NCBI GenBank assembly: GCA_051418015.1
Contig: JBPRGF010000019.1
Coordinates: 31,408-95,407 of the forward strand
Reading direction: 5' to 3'
Origin: Candidatus Nitrospinota bacterium M3_3B_026
Lineage (GTDB): Bacteria; Nitrospinota_A; UBA7883; JBPRGF01
Length of the DNA stretch: 64,000 bases
The notes beneath the pieces were generated by a model. That model ran no database searches. It was not told where the DNA came from and saw nothing but the letters and a program-made list of their open reading frames with translations. Positions 17,914-28,976 of this stretch are shown piece after piece. A program made the position numbers and the translations under genes. Each line of letters starts with the position of its first letter. The first letter of the stretch is position 1.

Positions 17914-18711
17914 TTACGAGGCGGCCCTTCCCACCTGCAGGATGAGCTGCGTTGTCATGTTGTCGGACTCCTGTATCGCCTTCTGGTAGGTCTCGGCGGC
18001 GCGCTGGTTCTGTATGATTCCCGTCATCTGCCGCACGATGTTGACGTTGGAGCCCTCCAGCCTGCCCTGCCACACGCGGACATCGGAGGCTGTAAGAGCG
18101 GCTTCGGGGCTCTGGGCCCGGTAGAGCCCGGAGCCCTCTTTCGTCAGCTCGTAGGGCTTTTCGAAATCGACCAGCTTGAGCCTTCCGCGGCCCTCCTGGT
18201 AGGCGACGTTTCCTTCATCTTCCCGCTGCGTCCAGATGTAGCCGTTCTCGTCGATCGTCACCGGGCCGGGCTCAAGCCCCAGGTAAACCGGCTGGTTCGC
18301 CTCGCTCAACACCATGTGGCCCTCGGAGGTGACAAGCTCTCCGCCGGGACCCACCCTGAGGCTTCCATTCCTCGTGTAGCGCTCGCCTTCGTAGGTCATC
18401 ACCGCCAGGAAACCGTCCCCCTCCAGGGCGACGTCCAGCGGGTTCCCCGTCTCGCGTATGGGGCCCTGGGAGAAGTCGGAATACATATCCTTCGCCGCCA
18501 CGTACTCGCTGTGGCGGGCCCGGCTGACATCCAGCGCCTTCTCCGTGGGCGCGGGGCCTGTCTTCTCGCTTTCGGCCAGGAAGGACTCGAACACCAGCTG
18601 GTCCGCTTTGAACCCCGGCGTGCTCACGTTCGCGAGGTTGTTCGTCAGCGTGTCCAGCCTGCGCTGGGCGGCCATGGCGCCGGAGGCGGCCACGTACATT
18701 CCCTTGTACAT
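17914..18711 (-). CDS. flgF: Proximal rod protein
   Basis: NNLANVSTPGFK, TGNPLDVALEGDGF, YTRNG, LEGSNVN; precedes flgG. Confidence 0.92.
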   Translation of the reverse strand: MYKGMYVAASGAMAAQRRLDTLTNNLANVSTPGFKADQLVFESFLAESEKTGPAPTEKALDVSRARHSEYVAAKDMYSDFSQGPIRETGNPLDVALEGDGFLAVMTYEGERYTRNGSLRVGPGGELVTSEGHMVLSEANQPVYLGLEPGPVTIDENGYIWTQREDEGNVAYQEGRGRLKLVDFEKPYELTKEGSGLYRAQSPEAALTASDVRVWQGRLEGSNVNIVRQMTGIIQNQRAAETYQKAIQESDNMTTQLILQVGRAAS

Positions 18712-18753
18712 TCTTGACGATTTCCCTGAAAAATTCGTTCGACACGGTTATGG

Positions 18754-18769
18754 AGCAAGGACGATGCCA
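18754..18769 (-). promoter_or_regulatory. sigma54 promoter of the flgF operon
   Basis: Minus strand TGGCAT-CGTCC-TTGCT, a near-consensus -24/-12. Confidence 0.82.
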
Positions 18770-18845
18770 TAATCGGCGTTCAAATTTTTGACGCGCGGAA
18801 GGATCACGCCCGCGCCGATCCCGGGGGGCGAATACCGAGCTAGAT

Positions 18846-18963
18846 AAGGAAGGTCCGGGAGAGGGTTTTTGGGGTCTGCGCGACGGCCATTTTTCAGCGC
18901 GGACTAAATCGCCTGCCCAAAAAAGAAGGAGGGTCCGGGAGAGGGTTAAAACCCTCTCCCGGA
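18846..18963. repeat. Direct repeat whose second copy forms a perfect palindrome
   Basis: GGTCCGGGAGAGGGTT at 18852 and 18932; 13-bp stem TCCGGGAGAGGGT-TAAA-ACCCTCTCCCGGA at 18934-18963. Confidence 0.7.
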
Positions 18964-18982
18964 TACAAGATCTAACGGATAG

Positions 18983-19135
18983 GGGGTTCCGCAGATCCCG
19001 TGAAGGCTTATTTACTGATTAATCATCGTGAGGGAACCATGACCTCGCTCTCGGCGAATCAGCAAGATCCCCTTGGAGACTCCTCACGCTTTTATTATAC
19101 ATCCTTTTACTGAAATTTAGATGCCTGCGGACCCC
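18983..19135. other. Element with terminal inverted repeats and nested pairing (MITE or structured ncRNA)
   Basis: GGGGTTCCGCAG...CTGCGGACCCC termini; inner CGTGAGG/CCTCACG; AT-rich compared with flanks. Confidence 0.45.
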
Positions 19136-19351
19136 GCGGGATTCATTTTTCCGGCGGAGAATCCCCCGGTATTTCCGGGCTCGTTTTCGGCCGCGTCCAC
19201 CGGCTTGTTATAAAAGCGGTTATTGCGGGAGAACCCGCGGGGACGGCCGCCGCGGGAAAAATACAAGAAGTGGAAAATTTCCCCGAAGATGTTAACATCT
19301 AACCCGCGCGCGTCGCCGATTTAAAAAAAAACAACCGGCGGATCAGGGGCC

Positions 19352-20893
19352 ATGGCAAACGTCGAAAAAGAAGGAAAAAAGGGGGACGGATTCGTCCAGA
19401 GGGCCGGGCTCGCCGCAGGCCCCGCCGCGCTCGCGGTTATCATGATATTTTTCGACCTGGACCCGGCCCGGCCGGAGGTGACGAGAACCGCCGGCGTGGC
19501 GGCGCTCATGGCGATATGGTGGATGACCGAGGCAGTCCCCCTGGCCGTCACGGCTCTTTTGCCCATGGCGCTTTTCCCGGCCCTGGGGGTCATGAGCGGC
19601 AGGGCCGTCGCCCCGCTCTATTTCAACCACATCATCTTCCTTTTCATCGGCGGCTTCATGACGGCGCTGGCCATGCAGCGATGGAGCCTGCACAAGCGGA
19701 TAGCCCTGCGCATACTACTCGCCGTCGGGGCGAGCCCGGGCAGGGTCCTCTTCGGCTTCATGGCCGTCACGGCGTTTCTATCGATGTGGATATCCAACAC
19801 CGCCACGACCATGATGATGACCCCCATCGCCATCGCCGTGATAATGGAGATGGAGGAGCTTTCCGGAAAAGGGAACACGGAAAAGTTTTCCATAGGGATA
19901 CTGCTGGGGGTGGCCTACAGCGCATCCCTGGGCGGCATCGCCACGCTGGTGGGGACGCCGCCGAACCTCTCCTTCGCCAGGATATTCAACATAACCTTCC
20001 CCGGCGCGCCAGAGATATCATTCGCCCAGTGGTTCATTTTCGCTTTGCCGATATCCCTCGTCTTCCTTGCGATCCTGTGGGTTCTGCTCTACCTGCTGTT
20101 CCACCCCGGAAAAGGAGAGACCCCCATAAGCTTCAAGGTCTTCAGGGAGCAATACGAGCGCCTGGGCCCGATGATATACGAAGAGAAGGTCGTCCTCGCC
20201 GTTTTCGTCCTGCTGGCGTTTTTGTGGCTTTTCCGGGCGGACATATCCATCGGCGCGGTGACGGTCCCGGGGTGGTCCCGCGTTTTCCCCGACCCGTCAT
20301 TCATCAACGACGGCGTGGTGGCGGTGGTCATGTCCACGATCCTTTTCATTATTCCGGCGAAAAGCGGCGGCGCGGCCAGGATCATGGACTGGGAGACGGC
20401 GGAGAAGCTGCCCTGGGGCATCGTGCTGCTTTTTGGAGGCGGGTTCGCCCTGGCCAGCGGGTTCAAGGAATCGGGCCTTTCCATGTGGCTCGGGGGAAGG
20501 CTGGAGGGCGTGAGCGCCCTGGACCCGCTCCTCATCGTCGCCGCCATCTGCTTTTTGCTGACGTTTCTCACAGAGCTTACGTCGAACACGGCCACGGCGG
20601 AGATGCTCCTGCCCGTGCTGGGGGCGCTGGCGGTGGCTGTGAAGGTCAATCCCCTGTTGCTGATGATCCCCGGAACGCTGGCCTGTTCCTGCGCATTCAT
20701 GCTCCCCGTCGCCACTCCGCCGAACGCCATAGTCTTCGGCAGCGGAAGGCTGAGAGTGGCCGACATGGCGAAGGCGGGCATTTTGTTTAACCTTATCGGG
20801 GTTGTTCTCATCACCGCGGGGGTCTACCTGCTCGGCGGGGCGGTTTTCGATATCGACCTTGGACGGTTCCCGGATTGGGCGGCGGACCGCTGA
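19352..20893 (+). CDS. SLC13/DASS family sodium:anion symporter
   Basis: WWMTEAVP, LHKRIAL, two SNT motifs (WISNTAT, TSNTAT), GTPPN, ATPPNA. Confidence 0.93.
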   Translation: MANVEKEGKKGDGFVQRAGLAAGPAALAVIMIFFDLDPARPEVTRTAGVAALMAIWWMTEAVPLAVTALLPMALFPALGVMSGRAVAPLYFNHIIFLFIGGFMTALAMQRWSLHKRIALRILLAVGASPGRVLFGFMAVTAFLSMWISNTATTMMMTPIAIAVIMEMEELSGKGNTEKFSIGILLGVAYSASLGGIATLVGTPPNLSFARIFNITFPGAPEISFAQWFIFALPISLVFLAILWVLLYLLFHPGKGETPISFKVFREQYERLGPMIYEEKVVLAVFVLLAFLWLFRADISIGAVTVPGWSRVFPDPSFINDGVVAVVMSTILFIIPAKSGGAARIMDWETAEKLPWGIVLLFGGGFALASGFKESGLSMWLGGRLEGVSALDPLLIVAAICFLLTFLTELTSNTATAEMLLPVLGALAVAVKVNPLLLMIPGTLACSCAFMLPVATPPNAIVFGSGRLRVADMAKAGILFNLIGVVLITAGVYLLGGAVFDIDLGRFPDWAADR

Positions 20894-21010
20894 AAAACGG
20901 GCGCGCCGCGCCTTATCCGGCAAGCATAAAAACCTCGGGAAGCTTCCATATATTTTCATCTATACCAGCATAACAGATTCTTATTTTTACGTTTTTCTGA
21001 AAAAAAATTC

Positions 21011-21039
21011 TTGACTTCGAAACTTCATCCAAATAATAT
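21011..21039 (+). promoter_or_regulatory. sigma70-type promoter of the porin gene
   Basis: TTGACT-N17-TAATAT with an A/T-rich upstream tract. Confidence 0.6.
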
Positions 21040-21147
21040 TCGTCCTCATCGGATTCCTGCTCTTCTTTGATGAGGCAGGAAGAGGAGGGTGTTTTTAAGG
21101 GGCATTATTCAAACGAGGCGTATCACTAAGAGGAGAGGATTGTCAAA

Positions 21148-22263
21148 ATGAGAAAAACCAGCAAAGCTTTATTGATGGCGGCGGCCATGGTGGCGGCCAT
21201 CGCGTTCAGCTCGGCGCCCGCGCAGGCGTACGAGGTCAACAGCGACCACAAGATTTTCGGCCTCGGCCAGGTCTGGGTCGTCCTTAGCGAGGACGCCAGG
21301 AACGAGGCCAAAGCCGCCGACGGCAGCGACGGTCAGGACACGGCCTTCGGCTTCAAGGCCAAGCGGTTCCGTTTCGGGTTCAAAGGCAACATGCTTGACG
21401 GGCTGGTCGGGTACAAGATCCAGACCGAGTTCGCCGGCTCCTCTGCGGGGCTGAAGGACTACATCATGACCCTCAACCCCGGCGCGGCCAGCATCGCGGT
21501 CGGTCAGTTCAAGCCTTACACGAACTACGACGCCCTGCGCAGCGCCTCCAAGCTCAAGAACATCGAGCGCGCGATGGCCATGAAGAGCACCGCCAGCGGT
21601 TTCTTCGTGGACAACAACAGCTTCCGTGACCTCGGCGTCTCCCTGAAGCTGAAGAACCTTGGCCCGGCGACGCTGTTGATCTCCGCGACCAACGGCACCG
21701 GCGCCGGCTCGGCCAGGGACGTCGGCGGCTCCATCAGCAGCGGCGCGGTCTTCGCCAACGCGGCGGGCGACGCGGCCTACGGCGTGGGCGTTATCGTGAA
21801 GCTGGCCGGCGGCATGGTCCGCGTGAACGGCTCCTACATGATGAACAAGCACGACAACTTCGTGACCAAGGGCGACAAGAGCACAGCGGCTGACGTCAAC
21901 CGCTCGCTCATGTCCGCCGGGTTTGAAGTTGACCTGAAGAACGTCGGCCTGTGGATCGACGGCGAGTACGCCGCGCTGACCTCCGACGACGAGGACTACC
22001 AGCTCGGCGGCTCCGAGGTCTCCGGCTACTATGCCCGCGCGGGCTTCTGGGCCATGCCCAAGGCTCTCGAGGTCGTGGCCCGCTACGAGAACCAGGACAA
22101 CAAGCCCAATGGCGGGGACACCGTCTCCACCTCGCAGATCACGGCCGGTGTGAACTACTACATCGACAAGAACTTCAAGGCTCAGCTCGAGTACGCCGCG
22201 CGCGACTACGAGGAGGGTGATGACGACAACACCATCAGGGCCAACCTCCAGGTGAAGTTCTAG
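21148..22263 (+). CDS. Outer-membrane porin (OprO/OprP-like)
   Basis: Signal peptide; F..KR.R.G.KG, GQFKP, RDLG, AGVNYY; C-terminal QVKF beta-signal. Confidence 0.82.
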   Translation: MRKTSKALLMAAAMVAAIAFSSAPAQAYEVNSDHKIFGLGQVWVVLSEDARNEAKAADGSDGQDTAFGFKAKRFRFGFKGNMLDGLVGYKIQTEFAGSSAGLKDYIMTLNPGAASIAVGQFKPYTNYDALRSASKLKNIERAMAMKSTASGFFVDNNSFRDLGVSLKLKNLGPATLLISATNGTGAGSARDVGGSISSGAVFANAAGDAAYGVGVIVKLAGGMVRVNGSYMMNKHDNFVTKGDKSTAADVNRSLMSAGFEVDLKNVGLWIDGEYAALTSDDEDYQLGGSEVSGYYARAGFWAMPKALEVVARYENQDNKPNGGDTVSTSQITAGVNYYIDKNFKAQLEYAARDYEEGDDDNTIRANLQVKF

Positions 22264-22287
22264 GACGTTTGCTTTACGTTTTCAGCG

Positions 22288-22322
22288 GGGGCCCGGCCGC
22301 GAAGGCCGGGCCCCTTTTTTTT
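22288..22322 (+). terminator. Rho-independent terminator after the porin
   Basis: 11-bp stem GGGGCCCGGCC/GGCCGGGCCCC followed by T8. Confidence 0.88.
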
Positions 22323-22391
22323 GTCATGGCCGCTGGGGCGGGTGTGATATATTAACCGACTTTGATGACCTTCTCGAATGAGCCACCAAGC

Positions 22392-24227
22392 ATGAGAGTG
22401 AAAAGGCTCCAGCGGCTTGCCGTTCACGCCGCGGTTCTGGCCGTGGCCGTGTCGCTTGTCCACCCTGGCCCGCGGGAAGCCGGCGCCGCCTCCACCGAAT
22501 CCGCCGCGATGATGGCCGAGTCGGCGCTTGAAAAACTGAAGCCCCGCATGATCCCGCCCAGGGGCGCCGTGGCGGCGGTGAAGGACGGGACTGTCTACAT
22601 CAGCAACGAGGCAGGCGCGGCGGTCGAGCAGGGGAGGGTCCTGACGATCGTCCGCGAGACGGAGACCATAACCCATCCCGTCACCGGTGAAAAGCTCGGG
22701 ACGATAGAGGAGAACGCCGGCGCCGTTCGCGTCGTCTCCGCCGATGACAGGCTCATCACCGCCGAGGTCCTCCCGGGCGGTGGGCCGATCCGCGAGGGCG
22801 ACAGGGTCAAGGCCGGGTCCGGGTCCGCTCTCCGCGTGGTTATCGCCCCCGCCTTTTCGCTCCAGTCCCTGGACGGCTCCGCGCTCGCCGAAAATATCCG
22901 CGGCGTGATAGGGAAATGGGAAGGCGTCCAGCCCGTCAGCGTTTACGTGGTCGAACGTTTCCTGCACGACGAGGGGATAGATGGATACCGGGCGCTTGCC
23001 GACCCCTCCCGCTTCCCATCGCTCAAGAGCCGCCTCGGGGCGGACTACCTGATCCTGCTAGAGATCAGGGAGGAGAATGAGGCCGTCCTGATGGACGCGT
23101 CGCTTTTCGATCTTGGCGATGGGCGTAAGGTGGCGTCCAGCAAGGGGTTTGCGAAGAAAACCGCCGCCCCCGCCCCGGCGCCGCCCGCCGAAAAGAGGCC
23201 CCGCAAGGAGGCGGAGGCGCAGCGTCCCCCTTCCAGGGCCGAGACGATGATCCCCGCCGGCTCCAGGGCCAGGACGTTGCGCAGGTTCGACGGCAGGATC
23301 ACCGCCCTCGCCGCGGACGACCTTGACGGCGACGGGGAAAAGGAGATCATCGCCGGGTTCGACGGCAGGGTCGCGGTCTACGAGTTCGACGGGGAGCGCC
23401 TCGAACTGTCCTGGGAGAAAAAGCTCGAAAGCGGTTTCCAGGTCGTCGGCCTTCAGGCCGTGGACGCCGCCGGCGACGGCGTTGTGGAGGTTTACGTGAA
23501 CAGCGTCTTTTCCAACAGGGTGAGCTCTTTCATATTCGAGCGCGGCGGGAGCGGGGCGTATGGCGTGACCCGCGAGGGTCTGAACTATCTTTTCTACGCT
23601 GGGGAGGACGGCCGGCTTTACGGCCAGAGGCAGAACGCCGACAACGGCCTCAAACAGAAAATCCTCGCCCTCGGCTGGAAAGGCGGCTCGCTGACCTCCG
23701 AGCCGTTTCTCGACATACCGGACAAGAGCAGGCTCAGCGGCATACACGTCCTGGACATAGACAACGACGGCCGCATGGACGCCGCCGGGTTCGACTACCA
23801 GCACAGCCTCGTCTATTACTCCAGCCGGATAGGGGACTGGGTGAAAACGCCCGGAGAATACGGCGGCTCGAACATGACCATAACCGTGGCGGGCATAGGC
23901 GATGTCGACACATACCACCAGTTCCAGCCCGCCCTCGCCGCGCTGCCGGGCGAAGGGGAATACAAAAGCCTGCTCGCGGTGAAAAACGAGGCGAGGGTGC
24001 GTTTCACCAGCTCCGAGACTTTCACAAGGTCCCGGGTGGCCCTCCTGGCCCACGACGGGATGGCTTACTACGAGAAGGCGGTGACACCGAAAACCGCCGG
24101 AGTGATAAACGGCGCCGCCGTCCTGAACCCCGCGGACCCGGCGCTCGCGCTTATAGGCAGGAGCCAGACCTCGTTCCTGGGGCCGGACAAGTCCGAGCTT
24201 ATTCTCGTGAACCTTGACCGCTACTGA
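22392..24227 (+). CDS. Exported FG-GAP/VCBS-repeat protein
   Basis: Signal peptide; HPVTGEKLG motif; DLDGDGEKEI, DAAGDGVVEV, DIDNDGRMD. Start uncertain (22365 or 22392). Confidence 0.72.
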   Translation: MRVKRLQRLAVHAAVLAVAVSLVHPGPREAGAASTESAAMMAESALEKLKPRMIPPRGAVAAVKDGTVYISNEAGAAVEQGRVLTIVRETETITHPVTGEKLGTIEENAGAVRVVSADDRLITAEVLPGGGPIREGDRVKAGSGSALRVVIAPAFSLQSLDGSALAENIRGVIGKWEGVQPVSVYVVERFLHDEGIDGYRALADPSRFPSLKSRLGADYLILLEIREENEAVLMDASLFDLGDGRKVASSKGFAKKTAAPAPAPPAEKRPRKEAEAQRPPSRAETMIPAGSRARTLRRFDGRITALAADDLDGDGEKEIIAGFDGRVAVYEFDGERLELSWEKKLESGFQVVGLQAVDAAGDGVVEVYVNSVFSNRVSSFIFERGGSGAYGVTREGLNYLFYAGEDGRLYGQRQNADNGLKQKILALGWKGGSLTSEPFLDIPDKSRLSGIHVLDIDNDGRMDAAGFDYQHSLVYYSSRIGDWVKTPGEYGGSNMTITVAGIGDVDTYHQFQPALAALPGEGEYKSLLAVKNEARVRFTSSETFTRSRVALLAHDGMAYYEKAVTPKTAGVINGAAVLNPADPALALIGRSQTSFLGPDKSELILVNLDRY

Positions 24228-24236
24228 GCTCGAGGA

Positions 24237-26092
24237 ATGTTGTCACAAAAGCGTTCGGGGATTTTCACTTCGTCCGGCGCTGGTACGCCGACGCTGAAGG
24301 CGCCCGCCGCCGTCCTGGGAGCGGCGTTTGCCCTTGCCTTTTTCTCAGCCTCCTCCTTCGCGTATTCCCTCGATGCCGAACGGCTGGCAGGCAGGCTCGC
24401 GAGGCTGGTCATCCCCTTCGAAAGCCACGTGGCGAAAGTCCGCCAGGGCGAGGCGTACATAACGATCCCCGCCGGGGCGAGGTTTCTCGAGGGCGCGCTC
24501 GTCCGGATCGTCGGCCCGGAGGGCGGCGCCGTGGCCTACGGCAGGGCGCGCAGGGTGGAGGAGAAATACGCCGTCGTCACGATCACGGCGGCGAAGGAGC
24601 CCATCGTCCCCGGAGAAGCCAGGGCGAGGGGGCTCACGCCGCCGGTCCGCATCCTGTGGCTTGCGGAGAGGACGGAGGAGGGCGCGGAAGCGGAGGCGCT
24701 CGTCAGGCTCGAGGAGGCCGCGCGCGGCCGGGGGGTGTTCGACCTGCCGCCCTCGGACGTGGGCGTTTTTTTCCTCGAAAAATATCCCGGCGCCGCCCTC
24801 GGCGAGATCCCGCGGAAAGATATCGAAAACCTGGCCGAGTCCGTCAGGGCCAGCCTTGTAGCCTTTGTCCGGGCCGAGAAGTCCAAAGACGCCGTTTCCC
24901 TGCGAGTGACCATTCTCGCCCCCGGCGGCGAACGGCTGGCCGTGGTGGAGGACGAATGGAGGCTTGAAAAGACCGCCGCCGCGAGAAAAGAGGAGGCCGC
25001 CGGGGCCGAGGAGTCCGTCCCGGGCGGCGAGGGCGCGCAAAAAGCATCCGGCGGCTTTTTGCGGGGAGAGTGGAAAGGCGGCGCGGCCAGACCCTCCGGC
25101 CCTCCCGTTGCGTTGATGAGCGTGAGGGACAAGCTGCGCTGGAAAAAATACACCGTGAGCGGCGCGGCGCTTTCCGCGGCCCTTTTCCGGCCCGCTCCCG
25201 GCGCGGCGGCGTTTCTGGCCGTGGCGTTCGAAAACAGGATCAGGGTCTATTCCATGGACGGCGACGACCTCAGGCCCGTCTGGGAGAGCGCGGCGGACGG
25301 AGGGCTCGAGATCATAAGCGCCGCCGTCCATGACGCCGACGGATCGGAAGGTCAGGAGATATTCGTCAACGCCCACCGGGGGGCGTCGCTGGAGTCGTTC
25401 ATCGTTCAGTTGACGGAGACGGGTTTCGAGGTTACGGCGTCGGGCGTCCCGTACTATTTTTCCGCCTCCTCCGACGGCTCCCTGCTGGCCCAGAGGGGCT
25501 CGGACGACCCCCGGATCGTGAGAAACGAGGTCTACACCGTCAGCAGCTCGAACGGCAGGCTGGAGTTTATACCCGCTTTCGCGCTGAGGGGAAGCGACAC
25601 ACCCATAGGCCTGAACAGGCTGGACGTGGACGGCGACGGGACGCTGGAGATCGTCGGCATGTCCCCCCGTGGCAGGCTCCTGATATTCACCCAGTCCGGC
25701 GTTCTCGCCTGGAGAGGCTCAGGGTTCGGGCTGACCGGGAGGATCATCCAGCTGGTCATCGGCAAGGGACGGACGATGCCGGTTCCAGTCCCTCCGGCGC
25801 CGTTGCTGCTGGAGTCCGTCGCGGGCCCCGTCCTGGCCGTCGGCGGCGCGGAGTATCGGGAGGGGGGTGTTTTCGGTGGCGCGAAGCTTGAAAAGGGCGC
25901 GGTGAAGTTCATCTCGGTTAAAGAGGACGAGTACGTTATCCAGGACGTCATTCTCTCCGCCGAAGGGTGGATAAGCGACTTCGTGGAAGCCCCGGAGGGC
26001 GAACGGGACGCCATAGGCTTCATCCGCGCGCGGCCGGGGCTTGTCTCCGGCGAGTCGGAGATTTTCGTCCCCGTTATGGAGAAGCCGTCCCC

Positions 26093-26096
<4 letters not shown>
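24237..26096 (+). CDS. Exported FG-GAP-like protein, probable paralogue of the upstream gene
   Basis: Signal-like segment; [23 protein letters not shown]; similar length and layout. Confidence 0.65.
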
Positions 26097-28060
<1,964 letters not shown>

Positions 28061-28147
28061 AAGGCGCAGCTCCCAGCTTGATCCCAGGTTGAAACAGCTT
28101 CCCTAAATCTTATATCCAATCGGCCGCCGAGTGAAGCGCCATCGGTG

Positions 28148-28921
28148 TTAAAAATCCATAGGGACTCGGCGGCGGACCTCCTCCAGGCGTCTTTTTTCAA
28201 TCTCCGCCGCGACGATCCCTTCCCCCTCCTCCCGCAGACCCAGTACCCCCCCCCAGGGGTCGATGATGGCCGTGCTCCCAAAAACCCTTCGCCCGGCCTC
28301 CCCGCCCGTCAGCGCCGGGGCGATCAGGTAGCATTGGGTCTCGATGGCCCTGGCGCGGATGAGCGGGAGCCAGTGGTCCATGCCGGTCTCGTAGGTAAAC
28401 GCCGACGGGGCGGCGATAACCTCCGCCCCCATCCGCCTGAGCTTTTGGAAATGCTCGGGGAAACGAAGGTCGAAACAGGCGCCAAACCCCAGCGTCCAGT
28501 CCTCCACCTTCGCGACGGCCGCCTCCCGGCCCGGCTCGAGCCAGTCGCTCTCCCGATACTCCCGGCCCGGGACGGAGGCGTTGAAAAGATGTATCTTCCG
28601 GTACCTGCCCGCCTCTTCGCCATCGGGGCCGAAAAGGACGGAGACATTGGCCGCCTTGCCGGCCGCCGCCGGGAGGAGGACTCCTCCCGCGAGAAGGTAT
28701 ATCCCGTTCTCCCGCGCCAGGGCGCTCATCGCCCCCAGCGCCTCTCCGCCCCTGGCCGCCGCCTCGGCCCATGTGTTTTCCGGGCCATAGTAGGAGAAAT
28801 ACTCCGGCAGGGCCGCCAGCCGCGCGCCGCCAGCCGCCGCTTCCCGCGCCAGCGAGAAGGCCGAGTCCAGCGCGGCGTCCATACTGCCGCTTGCGTTCAT
28901 CTGGATGGCGGCGATTTTCAT
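28148..28921 (-). CDS. Carbon-nitrogen hydrolase (Nit1-like)
   Basis: E-K-C triad: LPEYF, YRKIHLF, CFDLRFPE; also ARAIETQCY, DPWG. Confidence 0.9.
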   Translation of the reverse strand: MKIAAIQMNASGSMDAALDSAFSLAREAAAGGARLAALPEYFSYYGPENTWAEAAARGGEALGAMSALARENGIYLLAGGVLLPAAAGKAANVSVLFGPDGEEAGRYRKIHLFNASVPGREYRESDWLEPGREAAVAKVEDWTLGFGACFDLRFPEHFQKLRRMGAEVIAAPSAFTYETGMDHWLPLIRARAIETQCYLIAPALTGGEAGRRVFGSTAIIDPWGGVLGLREEGEGIVAAEIEKRRLEEVRRRVPMDF

Positions 28922-28976
28922 GAGGATGTCCTCGCCGAAGGATTCATGGATCGCCGCTGCGCGCGGCGCGGTCTTT

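Noticed and set aside
18846..19135. Possible CRISPR mini-array or leader
   Set aside because: Only two short repeat copies 80 nt apart and no cas genes in the window
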